Positions 24,330 to 36,854 of a stretch of DNA of 64,000 bases are shown here, piece by piece. Position numbers and translations under genes: made by a program. The notes beneath the pieces were generated by a model. It was not told where the DNA came from, did no database searches, and saw only the letters and a list, made by a program, of their open reading frames with translations. Where the stretch lies: positions 62,001 through 126,000 of the forward strand of contig JAAILG010000004.1 in assembly GCA_012026655.1 (NCBI GenBank). The letters are read 5' to 3'. This stretch comes from Hydrolagus affinis (taxonomy: Eukaryota). Every line of letters begins with the position of its first letter. The stretch's first letter is position 1.

Positions 24330-24626
24330 GACCTGTTTCCTACATCTGCAAAACTACCTGATCCAGGAAACTGCACCTTTCACATCAGTAGGGCCTCTCT
24401 TCCCCCACCCTTTGGACCACCATCCCATATCCTTTTGCCCATTCCCTTGACTGTTTCAAGGTCCATCTCAAGGTCTTCCTCTTTGGTCACCCTCCTACCC
24501 CCACCTTGCTGTCCTCCACCACCTCCCGACCCCAACTCCCAGCTCAGGGTGCAAATCCGAGATGCCCCAACACCTTGGAATTCCCTCCTATCATGAGAAA
24601 GACTATACAAATGCAATTTGTTGTTC
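24330..24626 (+). mobile_element. L2 3' fragment
   Basis: CCCTTTGGACC..TTCAAGGTCCATCTCAAG..CTTTGGTC..ACTATACAAATGCAATTTGTTG. Confidence 0.7.
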
Positions 24627-25061
24627 AACAGAGTGCTTCACATGATTTACTGTAAGGTGCAGTGACTGTGCACCTTGTAGGCCTTGGGTGATGTAGCTAC
24701 ACAAATTCCTGGTTTGTAGCTACAGAACCACAACATCCCAGGGCTTGAACCCACAACCTTTTGACTCAGAGGCGTGAGTACTGCCCACTGCATTCCACTT
24801 CAGCATTGAACCACTTGGGGTAGAAAAAGGTAGAAGAAGTAGTTGATATTGTCAATGGAAAAACATCAGAAAACAGTGCGTTTCTGCTTGTTGGCTTACA
24901 ACGGGTGAAAACGTATATACAGTATCGTCATTACCAAATGTGAAATTCTCTAGTCAGTAAATAAACAGGTGGGATCTTCCAACCAAACAAGAAAATAGGA
25001 TCACTATTTTTAGCCATTGTTGAGTGAACAGCTCTATTATTGCTCTGAATGTGGTGTTAAA

Positions 25062-25378
25062 TAATAATTGCATTTAATATAGTGCTTTATCATGTCTTCA
25101 TAACATATCAAAACACTACATAAAATACATCACAAAGTGAAATTACTATATTTTATAAGCGAAATGCGGTAACCAATTGTGCGCAGCAGTGTCCCACAAA
25201 CTGTCATGGATTGAGTTACCAAATTATTATCATTATTATTGAAAGGATTGACTAACAACTGGATTCCTACTTACTGTTAGGTAAGGAAACTTGCCAAAGG
25301 TTTTGCACTGCCCGGGAATCGAACCCAGGTGCTCTCGCTTGCAAGGTGAGTGCTCTAACCAATATGCTACAGGACTCC
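25062..25378 (-). mobile_element. tRNA-SINE, long variant, full length (TGC loop)
   Basis: Reverse complement of head (GGGTTCGATTCCCGGG), extra GACTAACAACTGGATTCCTACTTACTG segment, body and tail. Confidence 0.85.
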
Positions 25379-26211
25379 AAATGGACTCCAGGACTCCTAA
25401 CATTTCATGTTAGCAATTCTAAGTGACTCCTTTCACCTTCCCCACCATAAAATTATACATTTGGGATCTGTTGGGCCAAGGCAACCTCCAGGTAGAAAGG
25501 TACTTTATCAAGGGATGTTTAAATAGCTCCTGACATATAAAAAGTAAGTTCATGAGGAAATGATTTAAGTTCTGTCCATGACCCTAATCTCCTTTGGCTG
25601 GACTGTTTTTGTTTTATTTGAACTGGAAGTAAAGGAATTATCAAATCAACTCTGTATGGCATCTTATCGTAAATGTTAGCCTTACACAGCCCTGCATCTC
25701 TTCGCTTCCTGGCCAAATAGTAACTAATACAAAACAGCAAATAATAATGACAGTTAAGACTTCTCAACGATCTTTGCAGGATATACTGTATAGTGGTTTA
25801 TTTGGGTATTTTGTTGGAGAATCCTGGCAGCCAATTGCATACAGCAGTGTTCGGGTAATATCGGTTTCGTTGAATCTCGCTGTTTTAATGTATCTTAATA
25901 ATATAATAACAAAAACAATATTTTCATACAATAAATGCATGCGTTAAAGCATTAACCTATGCATTGTAATATAATATTAAAAGATCTATAATTCACACCA
26001 CTTGAATTAGGTAAAATATCTTTCTGGCAAACCCTGCAGTTGTCCTGTCACCGCCTGTGGAGTGAGCGATCAATTTTATTTGGGCTATAAATAAAACCTT
26101 GATGGGAGACCAGGTTTCCTTATGTTTTTCAGTTTTGGGGGAATTGGTGAGAGACAAGATAGGCTTTTGAACCTCACCAAGCCGTCTATAATATTAACAA
26201 TTAATAATCAA

Positions 26212-26495
26212 TACATTTGCATTTGATCTTGTGCTTTAATAGCAGAAACGTCTCAAAGCCCTGCACGGGATTTACTGCAAAGTGTGGTGAATGTGTACAA
26301 ATTTTGTGGGCAAATGTAGCGGTCAATTTTGCAAACAACATGTCCCACAACCAGCCCAGAAGTGAATGATCAATTTTATCTGCGGGATTGAGAGAATCCC
26401 GATCCTCTTTTTGACGAGAACCACAGGATCTTTAAAATCCACCTGAACAGGCAGATGGGGACTTGGTTTAATGTCTTATCCGAGGGATGTTGCTG
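26212..26495 (-). mobile_element. Old Deu-domain SINE, 3' part
   Basis: Tail plus GGATCTTTAAAATCCACCTGAACAGGCAGATGGGGACTTGGTTTAATGTC. Confidence 0.7.
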
Positions 26496-26944
26496 CCTTT
26501 AGGGGTAATTCCGGGTGACTCTGAACTGTCTGTAGCTACGAGCAGTGAAGTACATACATTGCTGGTGTTTTCTGAAGCAGACAGTGTCCTCGTCATTAGT
26601 ATCACTGATATCATTCTGACCTTTAGAGTAAAAATGAGTAATGCCAGACGGAAAATGAATCTCTCTGCATCTCTCAAAAGACTCGGTTGAGTTGCAAATG
26701 TTGGATGTTTTGCTAGTCTGTCGCTGATGCATTTTTCTCACTGTTGATAACCTTTTTCCAGAAAATGATGAGCAGAGGCTATTTATGGTCTAGTCTCTAC
26801 CTTGTGCTTAGTCATGCCAAACAGGGTATGTGGATTATATCCCACCCATTCAGGAGTTTTTGTATTGTATCACTAGGATATGGCAACATTGGAATAGAAG
26901 TTGAGAATTTATTATTCAGAGCAGTTGAGATGGGACCTGATTAT

Positions 26945-27150
26945 AATAATAATCCTTGCATTTGATATAGCGCTTTTCACATCTTATCGACGTCTCAAAG
27001 CGCTTCACAGAATATACTGTAAAGTGAATTGACTGTATATTTGTGGGCAAAATGTGGCAGCCAATTGCACACAGCAGTGTCCCACAAACAGTTGTAGATT
27101 GAAATTATTGTGTGTTTTTTTGGACGGATTATTGATAAAAACATATGGAG
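26945..27150 (-). mobile_element. Young tRNA-SINE, 3' two-thirds
   Basis: Nearly identical to 57171-57330 (CACATCTTATCGACGTCTCAAAGCGCTTCACAG). Confidence 0.9.
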
Positions 27151-28417
27151 GCTGACAATGGCTTTCAATAATTGAATGCGGTAAAGAATATGCAGTACAC
27201 GCACACAGACCCCTCCAAAATATGACATTACACAAAATATAGATCAGCAATGTAAAATAGTCTTAATAATGTAGTTAACAATAATAATAATAATCCTGGC
27301 ATTTTGTACAGCAACCCCGGAAGTGTCAGCCTAGACTCCGAGCAACCCAGGCTCAAACCCACAAGCTTTTGACTCAAAGGCAAGAATGCTGATCCAGGCT
27401 GGAACCATAGTCTCGACAGGCCAAATAGTCTCCTTGTGTACTGTAATTTCCACGGTATGAAACTGTTAGACGCTGGGGCTTTTCTGCAATTAATGGTTGG
27501 GTTAGAAAGACCAGCCTTTTGTATGACTGACAAGAGTCAAGGAAAGGAAGGGAACTATGTTGCGGGAAACCAGAGTGTATGGTAATGTAACTACTAGATT
27601 TTGACTTGCCCAGCCCTGCATGGGATGTTAGCCTACACCACATGCACAGAGTCCCAACGTGGAGCTTGAACCCACGACCTTCTGACTCAGCAGAGAGAGA
27701 GAGAGTGCTATCCATTGAGCCAGGCTGACAACCTTAATAACTCGATAGCTTCATTCTCGCTGGACCCAGAGCTCAGTCAGTTTGACCAAATGTATTTCAG
27801 CATCCCAAGATGGACATCTCAAACTGGAGGCTGGATATTCTGTACTGCAGAGCTCTATCTGACATCAAATTGATGGAGGCAAAGGCAGAACGTTTCCCTA
27901 ACCCTGGGTTAACTCATCATCAGGTAGATTCACGGTAGAAAGGAAACAAAAGTGCTTTGGGCTTAATAGGCTCAAAAGGTATACTTAATAAGTCACGCAT
28001 GTTCTGTGAATTAAAGGTGGTGAGGCAGAGATAACAGATTCCCCCCTTTGTGGCTTTGTGAGCGAAAGAGCTCAGCAGAGATCTGAGCTGAGCAATATAA
28101 ACAAGATATTAAATTGTCTAGCCAGATGGCAAGACAAAAATGTCAGCGAGGCACATTCTTCACAATCGCCTCAGGGTTCGAGTTTGGGGCGTTTCCTGGT
28201 GTGTTCCTCCTCGTGATTCATGTCAGAGCTACGACTTTTGAAACGCTCGCAAGCATTTCCCCCCTAGATTCGGGTGAAACTGCACGAAGGGTTATCGGTT
28301 TCCAGGAAACGTGGAATGTAGCAGCGATCTCAACTTCCCAGCCACATACGGAGTCGGTGCAAACAGTTTGGATATAATATAAAAATGATACCTAACATTA
28401 ATATTAATTGCTGCCTT

Positions 28418-28737
28418 AATAATAATCCTTGCGTTTGATATAGCGCTTTTCACATCTTATCGACATCTCAAAGTGCTTCACAGAATATACTGTGAAGTGA
28501 ATTGTCTGTATATTTGTGGGTGAAATAAGGCAGCCAATTGCATACAGCAGTGTCCCACAAACAGTCACGGATTGAAATGACCAATGTTTAGTATTGTGGT
28601 TTTTTTGGCTGGATTATTTTTAGGCGTGTGGAGTAAGCAAACTTGCCCAAGGTTTTGCCCTGATCTGCCTGGATTCAAACACAGGTCTCACATATGTAAG
28701 GCAAGTGCTCTAACCACTGAGCTGCAGGAGCTCCACA
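28418..28737 (-). mobile_element. Full-length young tRNA-SINE
   Basis: Ends in CTGAGCTGCAGGAGCTCCAC (head, reverse complement); CTGATCTGCC diagnostic. Confidence 0.92.
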
Positions 28738-29298
28738 AATACAAAGCCTATACCATCGAGAATGGCCTCAAAGCACTTGGCAGATTTACCGTGTGAAATA
28801 TAGTGCCTGTGTTTATGTAGGCTTTTGTTTCAGTCAAAATCTTCCCAGTCAAAAGGTGTGTTAAGTTTACAGTAAACGCTCAACAACCCGGATTCTTTCA
28901 GACTAAAAGCGATAGAAGTTTTTATTTACACCATGACACACACACATAGGGTTAAATAAGAATTGCCACATTTCATAACGCATTTTCTCGTGTTAATGGA
29001 CATATGAACAGTAAATATTCCCACATGTAATTAACTGTTTAGACAGTGATAACGAGGCATTAAATATATATGAACAATGACTTTCACCTACATTGCGCCA
29101 TTCTCGATGTAAAAGGCGCTCTGTAAATGTCATTTTGTTGTTGTTGTTGTTGGTCCTGTGGTTAGCACCAGCTCTTAACAATGCTGTGGTTTGACATCGA
29201 GCCAGAAAGAGATGGGTGCAATGACCGAACCTATAGTCAAAGAGGAAAGTCTTCGGATGTGATTTGATGATGGGCAAAGGTGATCAGTTTATTTTCCT

Positions 29299-29840
29299 AC
29301 AACAACAACAAAGTTACACTTGTACAGCGCCTTTCATATCGGGAAGATGTCCCAAGGCGCTGGACAGTCAATGTTTCAGACCCAAGCCGGGGTTGGAATC
29401 AGGGAGGGTGGAGGGAAAGGAGGGGATTTGTGGTGAATGATGGGACCGTCGAAGAGCAGGATCTTGAGGCAGACTTGAAGGAGGCTAGGGAGGGGGCAAG
29501 GTGGAGGGATGGCAGGATGGAATTCCAGAAGTTAGGGGCAGAGCAGCTGAAGACTCGCCCGTCGATGGTGGGGGCGGGTGGGTTGGGGAACCGCGGAGCG
29601 GGTGGATAGGTTACTAGGGGGTTAGGAGATAGTAGAGATAGGGTGGGGGAGGCCATGGAGGGCTTTGATAGTGAGGACAAGGGCTGCAGAGTTGTGGATT
29701 ATCTGCAGCCTATGGAGGGAGGAACTGGGAAGGCCGACGAGAAGGGTGTTGGCATAGTTGAGCCTGGATGTGATAAAGGAATGAATGAGAGTTTCTTCGG
29801 CCTGAAGGGTGAGTTAGTGGCGGAGTTGGGCCATGTTTAG
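29299..29840 (-). mobile_element. L2-clade LINE 3' end with ORF2 remnant
   Basis: Minus-strand peptide TIDGRVFSCSAPNFWNSILPSLHLAPSLASFK; perfect stem AGCGCCTT..AAGGCGCT; (GTT)n tail. Confidence 0.9.
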
Positions 29841-30390
29841 TTTGATTGAGTGATCGTTAGAGCGAGCTACCAATCATGATAAGCTTGACAGCACCAACAA
29901 TAACAACAACTTGTATTTGTGTAGCGCCTTTTACGTTGGGTAGCATCACAGAATGCTTATGGGTCATTTGAAGGCTCCTCTGTTCTCACGATTGAATCTT
30001 AATTCGATGTAAACTCTGGTCTGGGAAGTGTGAGAGAATGCCAACTTTGCTTAATTGTTGTTTAACTGGATTTTATTGAACAATTAAAAGAGCTGTTGAG
30101 ATTTTCTCAGTGACCTGAATAATAAGGGATAATTAAAGGAAGAGGAAAGGAGGAAGATTGTTGACAGAATGTGAAGCCTGTCTGACAAGTTTGGTGCGGT
30201 TTTGTCTGTTCAGAGACTATCTGACTTCTGCATGTTTGATTGTGTGTTTTGTTGCCTTGGTACTCCTTCAAAGCTACATGTAATTCTTGTCTATGGCAAA
30301 ATTGTACTGTAGATGCCAGGTCTCTCCTGTCCTGTTTAGTGTTTCAGTTCCCATTGTTAGAAGCTATGCATTCCCATAAATAGAGCCCTT

Positions 30391-30480
30391 CATAGAATCA
30401 TAGAAATGTATGGCGTGGAGGAAGGCCATTCCACCCATTGTGTCTGTACCAACTACTTTAAGAACAATCATTTCAGTCCC
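30391..30480 (-). mobile_element. CR1 3' terminus
   Basis: CATAGAATCATAGAA..GAAGGCCATTC, the reverse complement of the CR1 (ATTCTATG)n end. Confidence 0.75.
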
Positions 30481-30605
30481 ATGCAGATGTACATCGTGGA
30501 ATAACTCCCTCCAACATCAAAAACTCTGGAGACACTCGCTGTATTGAACAATTACATTATAATTTCAGATGCATTGAGGAATCTCCTTAGAAGCTTATTA
30601 GCTGG

Positions 30606-30858
30606 ATGCGTGTGCGTGTATATATGTGCAGATTTGTGTTTATTTGTGTGCATTTGTATGTGTTTTCTGTGTGCTTGCTTGTTTCCGTGTATGTATCCGT
30701 GTTTGGGTGAGTGTGTATTTGTAATGTGTGTTTCTGTGTGCATTTGTGTATGTGTGATTGCAGGTTTGTATGTATGTGTATGTGTGTATGCGTGTATGTG
30801 TGTATGTCTGAGTGTGTGTTTGTATGTCTTTCCCCCCCCACCCCCCCACACACACACA
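30606..30858. repeat. Degenerate (GT)n / TGTA low-complexity repeat
   Basis: About 250 bp of decayed TG units; explains five spurious ORFs. Confidence 0.9.
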
Positions 30859-31014
30859 GTGGAATGGACTTTTTAAATGCCATAAATTTCTAAGAATCTA
30901 TGATTGTGTGTGTGTGTGTTACCAGACAGCTACATGAATTAATCATTGCATGCCAACCCAGGTTGCTTTGCATATCAGATGCTAATGAACTTTGCCTGAA
31001 TTAGGCTATTAGGT

Positions 31015-31522
31015 TATTTAATGAGGAGAAATGTGAGGTGATTCATTTTGCGAGGAAAAATGAGGAGATGGAATATAGGTTAGATAGTACAATCTTAAGG
31101 GGGGGGTGAATTATTATAGGATTATTCTCATTGGAGCAGAGAAGGTTACGAGGAGACGTAATAAAGGTTTACAAGATCGTGAGGGGATTCGATAGGATAA
31201 ACAAGGAAAAACTGTTTCCACTGGTGGATATGTCAGTGACTCAAGGTCACAGATTTAGAATAGTTTCTAAAAGAAGAAAAGCAGAGGGGAGGTGAGGAGA
31301 ATTTTTTTTACGCAGTGAGTTGTTCGAATCTGGAATACTTTGCCTGAAAGGGTGGTGGAGGCCAATTCGATAACAGCTTTTAAAAGAGAGGTGGATGGTT
31401 ATTTAGGGAGGACAAGCTTGCGGGGTTTATGGGGAGAGAGGCGGGGAGTGGGATCGACTTTGAATAGCTCTTTTCAAAGAGCCGGCACAGAAACGATGTG
31501 CTGTAAAATTCTATGATTCTAA
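31015..31522 (+). mobile_element. CR1 LINE 3' end with internal deletion
   Basis: Peptides FNEEKCEVIHF, GLFSLEQRRLRGDVIKVYKIV.G.D and RIWNTLPERVVEA; terminal ATTCTATGATTCTA. Confidence 0.92.
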
Positions 31523-31588
31523 GATTTAACTAAGACAGTAACTGTGAACGAAACAACCCAATACATTTCTTTACTAATCATTTCACAG

Positions 31589-31636
31589 AGATCGATGTCC
31601 TCATTCCAGGAACCAGAGTGCCCGTTGATGTCACAC
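31589..31636 (+). other. Candidate 48-nt cassette exon of an unidentified host gene
   Basis: TTTCTTTACTAATCATTTCACAG| ... CAC|GTAAAA; length divisible by 3; four GCATG motifs 17-50 nt downstream. Confidence 0.3.
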
Positions 31637-33782
31637 GTAAAATGTGGTGTGGGCATGTGCATGTCTGCATGTGATTAGCTGGCATGCAAGCTTTTAATAA
31701 CAGGACTCAGCATTACTGTAAATAATACAGCCAGTTTGAAGGCTTAATTGTGTTTCCCCCGACAATATCGATTAATTATTTTTATTCATGGCTTCTCCGA
31801 AATTAAGCCAGACGTCTCTCAAATCATAGCGAGTGTGATTCACGCATGATTCACTTCTGCACAAAAACTTAACTCCACAACCAGAGTTCATCTCTTCATA
31901 GATCTATCTGTTGCACAATCCTCTCCCCAAACCTGGGGTGATGGGGATAATCAGGATATTACATGAATAATAATCCTTGCATCTGGTATAGTGCCTTATC
32001 ACATCTTCGAGAAGCTCTTTGCAGAATGTATACTGTTAGTGAATCATCTGTATATTTTGTGGACGAATTGCAGCAGTCAGAGCAGTGTCCCACAAACGGT
32101 CACGGATTGAATGACCAATTTATTGTAAGTATTTTTGTGGAAGAAATTATTATTTTGCAGCTCACAGGAGAATTCTACTTTCCACATATGCTGATCAGAA
32201 CCAAGGTGTTGTCCCAAAGTTAAGAGGATGTTTTATTCTCCATTCATTTTTACTCTGACACAGGCATATTCCAATGTGTCTGAACCAGTGACTGTCCAAC
32301 GCCTTGAAACATCCTCCTGACGTGAATGGCACTATACAAGTGTAATTTAGTTGTTGTTCTTGTTTAGCCATTGCTAGAATGCACTTATCCTGTGATTTGT
32401 GTTGCGCTGCTTGGAGCTACAGATGTGTATACATCTGGCTGCGTGTTTGGTGGACAGGCTGGTGGTGGGGGGGGGTTGTTCAGCTCTGCTGTCTTTATGG
32501 CCCGATCACCTGCCAATGCTCAATGTCTGGGCTCTCACACAGGAAGGGCAGACACTTGGATAATGCCATAGAGATCTAAAGATAGCTATCTCAGCATGTA
32601 CCATCACCTTCAGGAGAAGGAGTGAAGGCGGGGGCAGATGGGGGGAAAAAAAAGTGGAAAAAATAAGCCTAACTTGTGATATTTCCTCCAAAGAAAGAAT
32701 GATGTCAGAATTTTCATCGGATATGCAATGACTATTATTATTAAGTACTGTATAAGAATTATAACGTAACTTAAACAACTTTTTTTTTTAAAAAAGCTTT
32801 GCTAAGACATTGTTGGCTGCATTTTAATTGCTATCCAGCCTTGGGTACGAGAAAGGTGATAAATAAATCTGAAAGGTAATTTTGTTTTGGGCAGGTGAAT
32901 TTGGCAAGTTTATAATACAATTTGTAATTAATTTCATGAGCGTGGCAGCGTAGGCCAACAAACAAAGAGTGAATTAAGTGTGGTGCTGGTGGGGTTGAAA
33001 CAAAGGACTTGCGTGACTTAAATAAATAGAGCCGAGGAATATAAAGCATTCAGTGCGTAGATCAGATTACCGGCATTCACCACTCGGAAAAATGTGACAG
33101 AAGCACAAACAAACGAGGACAATTTAATTATTTTGCTCGCACTGACTGGCTCACAGTATCGCTCATTATTTGATGGCAGATTTTGGAATTGTCTGTACTT
33201 TATCAATTAAATGCCCTAAGAAATGAAAAGACTTTTAACTACTGAAAAGGCAATGCAATTGCTGTTAATTATTTTTTAAGCTTCCCTACCTCCCCGTGAT
33301 AACACCAAAGAGACAATGAATGCCGTTTTCTTCTAACCCAGCAATTGGGTGAACAATTGGCTAGAAAAGTCCATTCAAAAAATGTCTCCCCTTTTCTTTT
33401 GAGGAATCTTGTGAACTCGTTTCTGCCGGTTGATTGCTGGTACTTTTTTTTGTATTTCACTATTCGGGCTGCTTCCAATTCCACACGTGTGTGCTTTTAT
33501 CTCTCTCCAAACACAACTTCCTGCCCTATAACCTTGAACCATTAAAGCAATAAGGTGGCTCCCTTCCCCATTATCATCCCTTTCTCTGCTCAGTAACCTC
33601 TCTCCTCTGTGTTACATTTCTCTTTCTTTCTCTCCCTCCATCTCTCTCTCTCTCTCTAGTGCTGTCGCTTACTCTCAAATTCAATTGTCTTCCTTATTTC
33701 GCAAGGTCCAATCTTCTGCTCAGAGGTCAAACTGTGACTGAGGTGTTCACCCCTCCTAGACTGAACCACACACTGAAATTAT

Positions 33783-33975
33783 TAATAATAATAAGCCTTG
33801 CATTTGACAAAGCACTTCATCACTTCAATGAGACGTCTCAAAGCGTTTCATTACAATATATTGTAAAGTGGATTGACTGCGTATATCTTGGGGTGAAACG
33901 CGACAGCCAATTGTGCGCAAGATTGAGTGAGAACATTCTTTTTTGTTTGGACGGATTACTACCATGGGAAAGCGG
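33783..33975 (-). mobile_element. tRNA-SINE, 5'-truncated
   Basis: Reverse complement of tail and body. Confidence 0.75.
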
Positions 33976-34154
33976 GTGGAACTGACTTTAATAATATTTT
34001 GCACTTGGCACGCACAGTGTGTTGTTCAACATGGATGATTTCAGGAGAGGGAGATCACAATCCCTACCTGAGAGTAATAGAGCCGGGACCTAAGAGCTCA
34101 GTTCCTCCTCTCAATCCCATGGCTAGTTTACAGTTGCGGAAGTCTTTATTTTAA

Positions 34155-34345
34155 TTACCTACTTACAATAGGGTAATAATTCCTTCTAAAAAAAATTATA
34201 AATTGATTACTCAATCCACAACAGTTTGTGAGACACTGCTGTGCGCTAGAAAATATACAGATGATCCACTTTATAGTATATTCTGTAAAATGGTTTGAGA
34301 TGTCTTGAAGATGTGATAAGATGCTACATCAAATGCATCAATAAA
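34155..34345 (+). mobile_element. tRNA-SINE, 5'-truncated
   Basis: GGGTAATAATTCC..AATCCACAAC..ATCAAATGC. Confidence 0.7.
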
Positions 34346-35049
34346 ATTCCCTGACCTAGATGATTGTAAAATTGCAAAGCACCAGTTTGACAATTAACAC
34401 TGACTATTAAAAACGCAGTCTTGCCTATTCTAATTGGGTGGGTTGTGTCTGTATGTTCGCTGGGAAAGGCTATGGTGGTGTTATTGTCTATTGTCCGTGG
34501 CGATAGCTCACCTCCTATAACTGAACACTGCCCTTGAAGCTTGATGAGAAACTGGACTTGGCTCAAACCTTAGCAACCTGATCCAGCCTGGTCTCCTGGA
34601 CAGCACGTGATTTATGGTAGAAACTATTCGATCTTTACCCTCTCTGCTCGAGCAGCACAGTTCAGAGTCGCGCGATGTTCCTGGTGCCGAGATGGGTCAG
34701 TGGCGAAAATAGAATTGTGTTACATTGGGGGAGTTAATGGGTTGGGGATTCATGACTCCGATATTCATTTCCTGATGCCGTCTTGCAATGGCACTCATAT
34801 ACGGCTTTTCGCAGGGGCGCGTAACTCAATAAGCACTCTGAACGTCAGCAGCGGGATCTCCTTGCGATAACCAGACGTCTAACTCTCATTCCGCAAAGTG
34901 ATTCGAAGGAATCCAATTGGAAATCATACATGTTAATCGTCAGAGGTGTCGTCCAAAGTCCCCTGTTCTGTTTGCCTGTTCTGTTGGTGTTCTGTTGCTC
35001 TGGCCAACAATCTCACTGCATTTCACAGTGAAGCACTTTGAGACGTCTC

Positions 35050-35198
35050 ACCACCACCACTACCACCAATAACAACAACAACAAAATTACATTTGTATAT
35101 AGCACCTTTCACGTCGGGAGGACGTCCCAAAGCGCTGGACAGTCAGTGTTTCGGACCCGAGCTGGAGTCGGGATCGGGGCGGGTGGAGCAAAGGGAGG
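35050..35198 (-). mobile_element. L2 3' end inserted antisense into a SINE tail (host 35020-35247)
   Basis: SINE stem arm AGCACTTTGAGACGTC is interrupted, then resumes at AAAAGAGCTGTATCAAATTCAAGG. Confidence 0.75.
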
Positions 35199-36854
35199 AC
35201 AACATGTATATAATCAAAAGAGCTGTATCAAATTCAAGGATTATTATGTGTTTTGTAGCTTTACCATTCAAAACGCGGCGTTCATTTTTTTCTACTTTCT
35301 CTACTTTACTCCTGGCCAGTCTCAATGAGGTTTCTCAATTAATACAGGCTTGCATTTCCTGAATGCTGCATTGAGCTACAGTGTGAGATTAGCCAGGCCT
35401 GTTTCACCAGAAGCTTTTAGGAGCTCTTTGAGAGGACAGATTTTTTTTCCACTCATCCGGGCTGGATTCCATCTTCTCCAGCTGGGAGAAAGATAACCCT
35501 TACACAAGCTGTGAGATAGATGGAGTTCAGAAATTCACACAAACGCTGGTTTCAAATGGCAGCGAGGCATTGTGGATGAATTTGAAATTGAGTTCCAAAT
35601 TTGGAAGTGTGTCTCTCATACACAAGGCTCGTTCTGCATATTGCATCTCAAGTCTATACTGTACATATCTCAGTCACCTCAATCACTAATGCACTGATGC
35701 ACTATCCCACTTCATGGAACCCTTGCCAAACAGGTCTAATATGATACATTCATTTTAAGGAACCTAAGAAACTATTGCCAAATATTATGGATATCAAGGA
35801 TTTTTGTGGGATTAATCATTAAAGAGTTCAAATTAATTGCCCAAAAATTACTTGGGGATTTGGTTGTGACTGACTGAGCTCTATCTGGGTCTGTTCAGTG
35901 TGGATTTGCAAGTTTATTCCCTGTGAGTTGTCAGGAAATACAATTATAAGTTACAACTGACAAGATATCAAGGTTTAATTCTGCATGTGAATTTACGTGG
36001 TAGTTACTTACTGCAGGAAAACAAACTGATGAGAGGAGAAACAGGCTGAATCCTCACCAACAAATCACTGCACGATTTAGTCCTTGAAATTTTAATTGTC
36101 TGACCACAAAACAGTCACTGCATGTTACAGTATATCCCGTGAAGCGCTTTGGGATGTCCTCATGACATGAAAGGCGCTGTACCATAAGGATTAGTGTTAT
36201 TGAATGCTGGAGATGGCATAAAAAGTGGTTTTGTGAATGACTCTCCTCTTTTGCGGTGGGGAGAGGAAAGCGAAATCTCCTCGGAGCTAAGCTGGCGCCA
36301 AGGTGACGTGCATGGCAACGGAAGGTCAGAGTCAAGTCCATCCTCTGTGGAGATGTCTCTCAGTTGTATGTCTCACCAGGTACTGCGGGAAGTGGGTCCG
36401 CAGTACTCCAACGCACTGCTGACAGCAGCCCCAGCCCAGCCTGTCCTTGCTTCGCTCAGGCACTGAAATATTCTGCAAATGTTGCACAACGGTAAGAACA
36501 TTATAAATGTGGTCAGTTATTTTTAAGCGGCGTGCTCATTGTTTGTGCAAAAGCTAAAAATACCAGAGACTCATCTAAAAGCCAACTTATGCAACAACCC
36601 CAGGGCATCGCAATCACTTGGAGATTATTCCCGCATTGCTCAATGCGAGGACTGACTGGGATTCTGTGCTCTGTGCAACTCACCAGAACAAAAGAGAAAC
36701 TCTCCGGTTTTAATAGGGAACAAAGCTTATGTGTTGCAATCATACTTTGAATTACCATTCGGGAAGATTTTCATCCCAATGCCAATTTGATTCTTTGAAG
36801 CCATTTTTAGTGCACTTATGCCAAAGCTTCTTAAAATTCGGAATTTATTTGTAA

